DNA of 64,000 nucleotides from an uncultured Chloroflexia bacterium (GTDB lineage Bacteria; Chloroflexota; Anaerolineae; Anaerolineales; Villigracilaceae): NCBI GenBank assembly GCA_963771375.1, contig CAVYTW010000010.1, positions 90,284 to 154,283 of the forward strand, read 5' to 3'. Shown piece by piece: positions 56,959 to 64,000 of this stretch (position 1 is its first letter; each line of letters starts with the position of its first letter). The notes under the pieces were generated by a model. It saw only the letters and a program-made list of their open reading frames with translations, ran no database searches and was not told where the DNA came from. The position numbers and the translations under genes were made by a program.

Positions 56959-57516
56959 ATGCCCTTCTTTGAAGTTCTTCTGATTTCCATCAGCATGGCT
57001 ATGGACGCCTTCGCGGTTTGTTTAGCGGCCGGCACGTTGGAAACCATCCATGGTCCGCGCCCGCTATTTCGGCTGTCCTTTCACTTCGGCTTGTTTCAGT
57101 TCATCATGCCTGTGATTGGCTGGCTGTTAGGTGCAACCATTCAACCGCTCATCCGCAGTTATACGGATTGGATCGCTTTTGTTTTGCTGGTCTCGGTCGG
57201 CGTCCATATGATTTATACCTCCGTGCGCAGCGAAACGTACGGTTCTCATGACCCATCGCGCGGCTGGACAATGGTATTGCTTTCCGTTGCGGTCAGCGTG
57301 GACGCATTAGTAGTCGGTATCAGTTTGGGAGTGCTTGGAATTTTTGTTTGGTATCCCGCCATTTTGATCGGTGTGGTCACTGGTGTTCTTTCGCTGATCG
57401 GTCTGCGCGTTGGACGAATCCTTGGAAGGAAATTTGGCAAGCCCGTCGAAATTATCGGCGGGCTTGTGCTGATTGGCATCGGCGTGCGAATTTTATTCCT
57501 TCACTTTTTTAGATGA
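56959..57516 (+). CDS. mntP: Manganese efflux pump MntP (DUF204 x2)
   Basis: 'LLISISMAMDAFAVCLAAG' and a second 'AVSVDALVVGISLG' repeat. 185 aa, 6 TM helices. Confidence 0.85.
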   Translation: MPFFEVLLISISMAMDAFAVCLAAGTLETIHGPRPLFRLSFHFGLFQFIMPVIGWLLGATIQPLIRSYTDWIAFVLLVSVGVHMIYTSVRSETYGSHDPSRGWTMVLLSVAVSVDALVVGISLGVLGIFVWYPAILIGVVTGVLSLIGLRVGRILGRKFGKPVEIIGGLVLIGIGVRILFLHFFR

Positions 57517-57519
57517 AGG

Positions 57520-58336
57520 TTAAATCTTTATTATTGTTCCCAGCAAGAAAATCATCAAAACCCCAAACGCTCCGCACGCAAAATTGACCCAATCGTTGTT
57601 CAACCATTTCCAGCCGCGAAATCTGAATCGTTTCCGTGCCGCAGGTGTGAAGCGGATGCTTTTCGGTTTCCTTTTGATCTTCTGGGCAGAAGTACATGGC
57701 TTGCACCGTTGCGCCGAGAAATGAGTTAAAGAGCGAGCCGAGTAAGCCCGAAAAAGTGATCAATAAAAAAAGTAACCAATGATAAGAAGGATATAGAACC
57801 GCGGCAAGCAAGCCGATCACGGACGCTCCCAAAAGGGCTGCGACTGTTCCCCATAACGACACTCCGCCCGAAGTCCCGGCTTCGACGCGTTTTCTTAAAT
57901 CCGTGATCATGCGCGGCGGATTTGGATTCAATGTGCCGAGTTCCGTTGCCCAAGTGTCAGCATTGACCGAAGCCAATGCCGCCGCGAATCCGATCCAGGT
58001 CCAGAGTTGATGCGGAAAAATCGCGTTCAGCAAAACGAAAGCCGTTGCGAGTCCGCCGTTTCCCAAAACCTGACCCGCGTCGCGCTGGCTGCCTTTTGAA
58101 AATTTTTCATTGAGTCCGCGCTTGCGATCTTTGAAGAGGCGTGAGAGTGCAGACGATGAAATAAAGAATGCAAGCAACAGGATCGACCATTGCCATCCGC
58201 CCAAACCAAAGATGACTGTGCCGACGAACGCGGCGGCTATGGCTCCGTCGCGGCTCAAGCTGTAGACGCGGTATGCAAGATAAGCGATTGAAACGGCGAG
58301 AAGAAACCCGAGAACCAATTGCGTTGTCAGACTCAT
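57520..58336 (-). pseudogene. DUF92 (TMEM19-like) integral membrane protein; frame broken near 57612..57626
   Basis: ATG at 58336 (ATGA overlap with the upstream gene): 'MSLTTQLVLGFLLA...SKGSQRDAGQVLGNGG...NADTWATELG...SGGVSLWGT'. After '...CGTETIQ' the shifted frame reads 'FRGWKWLNNDWVNFACGAFGVLMIFLLGTIIKI' (stop 57520..57522), the conserved family C-terminus. The as-listed frame ends in unrelated sequence at 57509. Confidence 0.75.
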
Positions 58337-59238
58337 GCGGGTAAGCTGAGAATAAATAATATTGCGATGAGGAATGATAGACTTTCCAGTGCGCTCGAAA
58401 TCCAAAGAACGAACGAAATCATTTGCGTCTTTTCCCAGCGAAAATAATAGAGGCCGGTAAAGAATCCAATCAGCGCGAGAAACGTGCTGGTCAGCGGCAG
58501 GATGATCAATTGTAAGGATGGCACGGCATCGACGGTGCCATCGGGATTGAAGCCGAGGCCGATATTTGGATTCGATGGAATGATCAGACTGACCCACACG
58601 AACAAGCCGAGATTCAAAAACAGGGCGGCCAGCCATAAATATCTTACCAATCCATTTTTCCATGCTTGTGCAATGATGAAAGACGGATAGAGCGATTTCG
58701 GCTGTGCGGGTGTGACGCTTCCAAGTTCAATGGCGCGCGCAAAGGTTTGTGTGAAGTCGATGGGACGTGCTGGAGAAATGGCAAAGACACGCTTGGCGGT
58801 TGCAACCAGCAACAGATTCTTTCGATCACTTGCGATGAATTCGACCACCCCCAAATCGGGATGGCGGCGAAGTCCAAGGATGGCGCCGGGCACCGACATG
58901 GACGGCAATCGCAATGGATGAGTTAAGTCGTTAACGGGACGAACCCATTCGATATCGTTTAATGGAATCGCTTCATCGCGCAGACCCCAGCGCAGTTCCA
59001 GCCCATCGCGGTTGAGAACGTATTCCGCGCGCATTAATGCGAAGGCGCGGTAGCCGATCCATGGCATGGGGGCAAATGCAACCAATCCAATGAGCAGATA
59101 CGTGACGAAATATTCTCCTACAGTCGTGCGAGAAAGATAGAAAAATCCCCATGCGGAAATAATCGCCAGCGCAACCAGCAGGCTTCCGTGAAACAGGAGA
59201 CCGTTACGTCTAGAGGGTTGAAAGAGTCCGGTGTTCAT
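58333..59238 (-). CDS. Membrane protein with bacterial PH (bPH/YdbT-like) domain
   Basis: Two N-terminal TM helices, then 'EYVLNRDGLELRWGLRDEAIPLNDIEWVRP' (bPH-like), then further TM helices. Weak family call. Confidence 0.5.
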   Translation of the reverse strand: MNTGLFQPSRRNGLLFHGSLLVALAIISAWGFFYLSRTTVGEYFVTYLLIGLVAFAPMPWIGYRAFALMRAEYVLNRDGLELRWGLRDEAIPLNDIEWVRPVNDLTHPLRLPSMSVPGAILGLRRHPDLGVVEFIASDRKNLLLVATAKRVFAISPARPIDFTQTFARAIELGSVTPAQPKSLYPSFIIAQAWKNGLVRYLWLAALFLNLGLFVWVSLIIPSNPNIGLGFNPDGTVDAVPSLQLIILPLTSTFLALIGFFTGLYYFRWEKTQMISFVLWISSALESLSFLIAILFILSLPA

Positions 59239-59249
59239 ATTATTCTGAT

Positions 59250-59345
59250 GTCATTGCGAGGCGCAGAGCGCCGTGGCAATCTCAAGATTGAATCAAACAA
59301 CTGTTTATTAATTATAGGGGATTGCTTCGCTTCGCTCGCAATGAC
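59250..59345. repeat. Family B palindromic element: two inverted copies flanking a 33-nt AT-rich spacer
   Basis: 'GTCATTGCGAGgcgcagagcgccgtgGCAATCTC' (59250..59283) and, inverted, 'GGGGATTGCTTCgcttcgCTCGCAATGAC' (59317..59345). Confidence 0.75.
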
Positions 59346-59353
59346 ATTTGAGT

Positions 59354-60535
59354 CTATACCTTGCTTATTTCATCTCGCAATGCACTGCAAACCAATTCCA
59401 CTTGCTCCTCCGTCATTACACCAGAGAAGGGCAGTGCCAATCCGCGTCGACCCAAATCTTCCGTGCTCGGAAAATCGCCCTCACGATAACCGAAACGTTC
59501 GGCCATATACGGTTGCAAATGGATTGGAAGAAAATATGGACGAACATGAATGCCGCGTCCTTCCAATCTTTTGGCGAGCGCATCGCGATTGATCTTTTTG
59601 TAAAAACGAACAACATATACAAACCACGACATGCGCGTCGTGAATGACTCGACGACCGGCGGCTCGACACCCGGGATTTCACTTAATCGTTCGGTGTACC
59701 AATTCGCAACACGGTCGCGTTTCTTTAACAATTCATCCAAGCGCGTCATCTGTATTGTGCCTAGCGCGGCAGACATTTCATCGAGCCGATAGTTATAACC
59801 GAGATACGTATGCTGAAGCCATGTGTCGCCGGGTGCGCGTCCCTGATTACGAAGCGACCGCATCATGTCTGCGGCTTTGTCATCGGATGTGATAATGACA
59901 CCGCCCTCGCCGGTTGTGATCTGCTTGTTTGGGTAAAATGCAAACACGGCGTAATCGCCGAACGTTCCGGCAGGCTTGCCTCTATATTCCGCGCCAAGCG
60001 CTTCGCACGAATCTTCGATCAGCTTGATTTTGTAATTATCCGCAATCTTGCGAATCGGATCGAGGTCCGCAGGCTGACCGAAGACATCCACTGGCAGAAT
60101 CGCTTTCAGTGTATGCTTCGTTCCCGACCCTTTACGCGGCAACCACTTCTCAGCCTTCTTTCCGCCCTCGATTAAGTCTCGAGCGGCTTGCGACGCGAGC
60201 TGTGCATCAATGTTTCCCGTTTTTGGATTCACATCCACAAAAACAGGAATTGCGTTTTCGTACAGCATTACGTTCGCCGAGGCGACAAACGAGAACGGCG
60301 TGGTGATGACCAGATCCCCTTCACCAATTCCTGCTGCGCGCACGCATAGATGCAAGCCTGATGTCCCCGACGAAACACCGATGGCCTGTTTGGCTCCGGT
60401 CAAATCGCAAAAGGATTTTTCGAAATCGAGAATCCAGTGGCCCATGCTGAGATTTGGTGTATTGAGGACGCTTTGAACTGCCTGACGCTCTGCATCGGTC
60501 AGGTCGGGAGAAGACATGGGAATTTGAAATACCAT
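59354..60535 (-). CDS. DegT/DnrJ/EryC1/StrS-family sugar aminotransferase
   Basis: Trimmed to the ATG at 60535 (MVFQIPMSSPDLTDAERQAVQSVL...). 'GVSSGTSGLHL', 'TTPFSFVASAN', 'FYPNKQITTGEGGVI' (PLP-Lys). Confidence 0.85.
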   Translation of the reverse strand: MVFQIPMSSPDLTDAERQAVQSVLNTPNLSMGHWILDFEKSFCDLTGAKQAIGVSSGTSGLHLCVRAAGIGEGDLVITTPFSFVASANVMLYENAIPVFVDVNPKTGNIDAQLASQAARDLIEGGKKAEKWLPRKGSGTKHTLKAILPVDVFGQPADLDPIRKIADNYKIKLIEDSCEALGAEYRGKPAGTFGDYAVFAFYPNKQITTGEGGVIITSDDKAADMMRSLRNQGRAPGDTWLQHTYLGYNYRLDEMSAALGTIQMTRLDELLKKRDRVANWYTERLSEIPGVEPPVVESFTTRMSWFVYVVRFYKKINRDALAKRLEGRGIHVRPYFLPIHLQPYMAERFGYREGDFPSTEDLGRRGLALPFSGVMTEEQVELVCSALRDEISKV

Positions 60536-60536
60536 T

Positions 60537-61725
60537 TTATTTTTTGATTTCTTCAACAAGGTTTTCAATCCGCACAAGTATATTCGCTTTCTCCTTGCGC
60601 GGCTTCAATTCTACCATTCCCTCTTTGAGATTTTTCTCGCCGACAGTAATCCTGATTGGGCATCCGATCAAATCTGCATCATTGAATTTGACTCCAGCAC
60701 GCTCGTCGCGGTCGTCGAACAAAACCGAGACGTTTGCATTTTGCAGAATGTTATAAATCTCTTCGGCTTTGGAGCGTGTATCCATTTCCTTGCCTGGAAC
60801 ATTCATCAAATAAACATCAAATGGAGCAATAGATTTTGGAAAAGCTAAACCTTTTTCATCGTGATGAACTTCCGCAAGTGCGGAAAGGATGTTGTCAAAA
60901 CGATAATCATTTCCTTCAGCAAGCAATTCAGCATTGGATAAATCTAATTTGCTTCCACAGTTCGGGCAAGCATCGCCTGCATTGGCTATCACAGTGTCTG
61001 CAATAATTTCAGCGGCGTAATCGCGGCCATAGTTTGTATACTTCAAATGAAAACCCGCTTCATTTGCACCAGCGACCAGATTCGCCGATTGAGGAATGAG
61101 ATCATCCACAACAATCAACGCGTCTTTGAGTCCGATCGGCGAAGCATATCCTGCCGCGGCACCAGCTTTGACGATTTCATCAGAAGTTGCGAGTCGAAAG
61201 TCTCCAACGAGTTTATTCAATTTGGCTTCGCTGAGTTGCATGTCGCCGCGGACGACGACAAAAATGAATTTGCCGTCCGAATTGCGCGTGAACATGAGAG
61301 CTTTGGCAGTTTTCTCTTCGGGAATTCCAAGAAATTTTGCCAACAACTCAATGGTGTGGCAATCTGGAGTCAAAACTTTTTCAATGGGAAGTTGTTCTTC
61401 GGTGGAGAAGGGAATCTTTTTAAATTGAGCAATTTCTCTGCGAGAGGTGTATCCGCATAATGGACAGTGAATCACTTCTATCGAACCCGTTTCAATTGGG
61501 AAGAAAGTTTCCTGTTGATTTGCAATAACAGGCAATGACAATAGTGAAATTAAGTTCGGTTGACCCGCCAACGATTTCAAATGTTCAGTGGCTTGTTTGC
61601 CAAGCGGAAGAATATCATTTTCACGCGTGATATATCCGGCGCGCACCAGCCAGCCGAATCCCCTCCGTCCGCATGTTGGACGGGAATTCGCGTTGAGTAT
61701 AAATTTGCAAATCGCGATATTTCAT
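60537..61725 (-). pseudogene. ProRS-derived protein: N-terminal segment + INS editing domain + anticodon-binding domain, aminoacylation motifs 1-3 absent; 1-nt frame break near 61657..61666
   Basis: An unlisted ORF from the ATG at 61725 gives 'MKYRDLQIYTQREFPSNMRTEG'. It joins (frame +1) ORF 60537..61646, which read upstream gives 'FGWLVRAGYITRENDILPLG...'. Then come the INS domain ('FVVVRGDMQLSEAKLNKL...GYASPIGL...VAGANEAGFHLKYTNYGRDY') and the anticodon-binding domain ('IAPFDVYLMNV...FDDRDERAGVKFNDADLIGCPIRITVG'). Confidence 0.75.
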
Positions 61726-61746
61726 AAAATATATTTTAGGAGTACG

Positions 61747-62262
61747 TCATTGTGTATTGGGCGTCTCGTTCTTTTTCTTTCTTGTCTTCGGCGCGGGTAG
61801 GGGGATGGTGATCGGCGTCTGCGCGATGGATTCAGCTTGGGCCGCCTCACTCGGTGTGGCCTGTGGAGCCGCTTCAAGGTCCAGTTCGACCGTTTCTTCC
61901 ATTCGGATTTGTCCGCGCAGGAACGCGCCTTCTTCGGTCACGAACGCGGTTGTGACCACATCGCCCCAGACGCGGCCCGTGCCGCGGATCTCCAATTTTT
62001 GAGTCGTGATGTTGCCGCGCACTGCGCCTGCGACGATCACGTTATTTGCGCGCACGTTCTCGCAGGTGACGCGTCCCGTTTCGCCGACCACCAACATGCC
62101 TCGCAAAGCGATATCGCCCTCGAACGCGCCTTCGATGCGGACGCCGCCCGAACCGTTGATCGCACCATGCCAGATGACGCCCGGCCCAAGGACAGATGTG
62201 ATTCGTTCCACCGCCTGAACGGGTTGTGCGGAGTCAGTGGGCGCGGCGTTTCGTTTGAACAT
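61747..62262 (-). CDS. Bactofilin (DUF583) cytoskeletal protein
   Basis: Trimmed to the ATG at 62262. 'VIWHGAINGSGGVRIEGAFEGDIALRGMLVVGETGRVTCENVRANNVIVAGAVRGNITTQKLEIRGTGRVWGDVVT..FVTEEGAFLRGQIRM' is the beta-helical bactofilin repeat. Pro/Ala-rich tail. Confidence 0.85.
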   Translation of the reverse strand: MFKRNAAPTDSAQPVQAVERITSVLGPGVIWHGAINGSGGVRIEGAFEGDIALRGMLVVGETGRVTCENVRANNVIVAGAVRGNITTQKLEIRGTGRVWGDVVTTAFVTEEGAFLRGQIRMEETVELDLEAAPQATPSEAAQAESIAQTPITIPLPAPKTRKKKNETPNTQ

Positions 62263-62280
62263 AATGAGATTATTGTACCT

Positions 62281-62313
62281 TAAAAAAGAACGCCGATTTT
62301 TTATCGGCGTTCT
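62281..62313 (-). terminator. Intrinsic terminator after fabI
   Basis: Minus strand: AGAACGCCGAT aaaaa ATCGGCGTTCT followed by TTTTTT (62282..62287 rc). Confidence 0.75.
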
Positions 62314-62320
62314 ATACTGA

Positions 62321-63121
62321 TTACTCGCTGCTTTCTTTTGCATCCAAATTCATCTGCACACCGACCGTGTTGAAACCTCCATCCACATATAACACTTCGC
62401 CCGTGATGTGCTTGGATAAATCTGAGGCAAGGAAGACCGCCGCGTTGCCCACGTCTTCAATGTTGATATTCTCACGCAACGGCGACATATCTGCAAAGTG
62501 TTTGTACATATCGCGGAAACCGCCCACGCCCGCCGCGGCCAACGTGCGGATCGGTCCCGCTGAAATGGCATTGACGCGGATCTTTTGCGGGCCGAGATCG
62601 TATGCCAAATATCGCGTCGATGATTCGAGGGCGGCTTTTGCCACGCCCATCACGTTGTAATGAGGCGCAACTTTTACCGAACCGTAATACGTCAGGCACA
62701 TCACAGATGCACCCGGATTCAGAATCGGCAGAAAAGCATTAGTCAATGCGACGAGCGAATACACACTGATATCCAGCGCGTTTTTGAAACCTTCGCGGCT
62801 GGTCTGATAATATGGCCGGCTTAACTCGTCGCGGCCTGCAAAAGCAATTGAATGCACGAGCACATCAATCTTGCCAAAATGCTTCGCCGTTTTTTCTGCG
62901 ACCAAAGCAATCTGATCATCCTTGGTCACATCGCATTCTTCGACCCATTTGCATGCCACCTGTTCAGCCAGCGGTTTGACGCGCCGTTCGAGCATCTCAC
63001 CTGCATAGCTGATTCCCAAGCTCGCGCCTTCGCGATGAAACGCCTGTGTGATTCCCCACGCAATCGAGCGTTCGTTGGCGAGACCAAAGATCAAAGCATT
63101 TTTTCCATCAAGTAAACCCAT
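62321..63121 (-). CDS. fabI: Enoyl-[acyl-carrier-protein] reductase (NADH), FabI
   Basis: 'GKNALIFGLANERSIAWGI...HSIAFA...YYGSVKVAPHYNVMGVAKAALES...NAISAGPIRTLAA'. Confidence 0.95.
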   Translation of the reverse strand: MGLLDGKNALIFGLANERSIAWGITQAFHREGASLGISYAGEMLERRVKPLAEQVACKWVEECDVTKDDQIALVAEKTAKHFGKIDVLVHSIAFAGRDELSRPYYQTSREGFKNALDISVYSLVALTNAFLPILNPGASVMCLTYYGSVKVAPHYNVMGVAKAALESSTRYLAYDLGPQKIRVNAISAGPIRTLAAAGVGGFRDMYKHFADMSPLRENINIEDVGNAAVFLASDLSKHITGEVLYVDGGFNTVGVQMNLDAKESSE

Positions 63122-63140
63122 AGTTCCTCCGTTTTATTAT

Positions 63141-63175
63141 GTCATTGCGAGCCGCGAAGTGGCGAAGCAATCTCC
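63141..63175. repeat. Family B palindromic element, single copy
   Basis: 'GTCATTGCGAGccgcgaagtggcGAAGCAATCTCC'. It supplies the last ~11 codons and the stop of the mpg ORF ('EEIASPLRGSQ*'). Confidence 0.7.
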
Positions 63176-63774
63176 TCATTTGATATCTTCCAGCCTCTGA
63201 CGACAAACCGCCAAGGCTTTGACTTCCACGGCTCTGGCACACTATATAAACCCACACGCGGACTTTTCGTCACGCGTGAATTTGGAACAGGAATTCCCGC
63301 TTCGATCCATAAGCCGGAAGCGGCTTCCGTTAAATCGACTCCGTTCTCGCTTTTGGTGATTCCCATCGCCTGTGTCAATTTGCCGGGGCCGAATGTATCG
63401 CGTCCGTTCCTTCGCTTGGACATGATCTCTGCATCTTCAATCGGCTGAATAGCTCGGATCAATACTGCGGCTGGGAATCCTTCGCGCTCGGTGATGGCGT
63501 TTAACATCCAATGTTTGCCGTAAGTGAAATAAACATACGCGTGTCCCGGCGAACCAAACATCACTGCGTTGCGATTCGTTTTCCCAACGTGCGCATGGCA
63601 TCCCAAATCTTTTTCGCCGATGTAGGCTTCGGTCTCGGTGATGAGTCCGACCAACTTCAAGCCATCGAGAATCCGCACCAGCCGCGCGCCGATGAGTTCG
63701 CGTGCGACGGTCAATGTTAGACGATCATAAAAACTGCGAGGGAGTGTTTTCACCACAGAGTTCACGGAGACCAC
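63142..63774 (-). CDS. DNA-3-methyladenine glycosylase (MPG/AAG family)
   Basis: 'LPRSFYDRLTLTVARELIGARLVR...ITETEAYIGEKDLGCHA...GHAYVYFTYGKHWMLN...AVLIRAIQP'. GTG start uncertain (63774 or 63753). The C-terminal tail is repeat-derived. Confidence 0.9.
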   Translation of the reverse strand: MVSVNSVVKTLPRSFYDRLTLTVARELIGARLVRILDGLKLVGLITETEAYIGEKDLGCHAHVGKTNRNAVMFGSPGHAYVYFTYGKHWMLNAITEREGFPAAVLIRAIQPIEDAEIMSKRRNGRDTFGPGKLTQAMGITKSENGVDLTEAASGLWIEAGIPVPNSRVTKSPRVGLYSVPEPWKSKPWRFVVRGWKISNEEIASPLRGSQ

Positions 63775-63784
63775 AGAGAAAATA

Positions 63785-64000
63785 TTAATTTAGAGAACCA
63801 TTAACAATACGTTTAATGCCTTGCTTAAGTAATTTCACATTGAAGTTGATCAACAAACCAACTTTGCAATTTGAGAGTCGCAAATAGGACAACAGTTGAG
63901 CTTCGTGGATTGGCGCTAAGCCCTCCATAGATTTTATTTCAACAACAACTTTGTCATTGACAAGAAAGTCCAGTCGATAGCCAAATTCCAATTTAACGTT
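63785..64000 (-). CDS. GxxExxY-family (PD-(D/E)xK-like) protein, C-terminal part; gene runs off the right edge
   Basis: '...LEFGYRLDFLVNDKVVVEIKSMEGLAPIHEAQLLSYLRLSNCKVGLLINFNVKLLKQGIKRIVN' is the signature of the GxxExxY family as I recall it. The frame is open to position 64000. Confidence 0.75.
   Translation of the reverse strand, partial: NVKLEFGYRLDFLVNDKVVVEIKSMEGLAPIHEAQLLSYLRLSNCKVGLLINFNVKLLKQGIKRIVNGSLN

Noticed and set aside
59250..59345. CRISPR array or transposon terminal inverted repeats
   Set aside because: The repeats are palindromic and dispersed, occurring singly or as one inverted pair with no regularly spaced direct repeats. No cas genes or transposase is nearby. I classed them as REP/MITE-like.
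7990..61725. Programmed ribosomal frameshifting as the cause of the split genes
   Set aside because: Shifts go in both directions and occur at different short homopolymers. No common slippery motif or stimulatory structure is visible. The affected genes (fmt, rfbB, thiP and others) are not known to use recoding.

Overview
64-kb chromosomal window, roughly 50-55% GC by eye, with about 60 protein genes and no rRNA, tRNA, CRISPR array, transposase or integrase that I could find. The gene content looks Chloroflexota/Anaerolineae-like: huge multi-GAF/PAS kinases, a DUF4388 + small-GTPase module, split gcvPA/gcvPB, bactofilin, and dispersed 'GTCATTGCGAG...GAAGCAATC' palindromes. That placement is inference only.

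Layout, left to right:
- greA-lysS
- a large signalling supercluster (2.5-17.5 kb): DUF4388, CvnD-like GTPase, alpha/beta hydrolase, V4R, a hexapeptide-repeat protein, an acyl-ACP-reductase-like oxidoreductase, REC-GGDEF(degenerate), a ~2,475-aa kinase with about 11 GAF domains, a REC, and a nucleophile-less hydrolase paralog
- a trans-sulfuration enzyme and carD
- a TPP riboswitch driving a thiamine salvage/uptake operon
- membrane DUFs and pfkA
- an AT-richer two-gene diterpene cassette (27.8-30.2 kb)
- two-component genes
- a tandem glycine riboswitch driving gcvH-PA-PB
- fmt
- a dTDP-amino-deoxyhexose / GT2 / GT-C glycan locus, interrupted by a membrane-tethered wHTH regulator plus an ABC-2 exporter
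- housekeeping genes and a low-GC GIY-YIG islet
- mntP, a DegT aminotransferase, a ProRS-derived protein lacking its catalytic core, bactofilin, fabI and mpg

Most interesting call: the diterpene pair (a UPPS-fold-like protein plus a class II cyclase with a D-G-D-I-T motif) resembles the M. tuberculosis Rv3378c-Rv3377c tuberculosinyl-adenosine pathway.

Caveat: at least 11 genes carry single-base frame breaks and one carries an in-frame TGA. Several are essential genes, which points to indel errors in the assembly rather than biology. Two dispersed palindromic repeat families are present.
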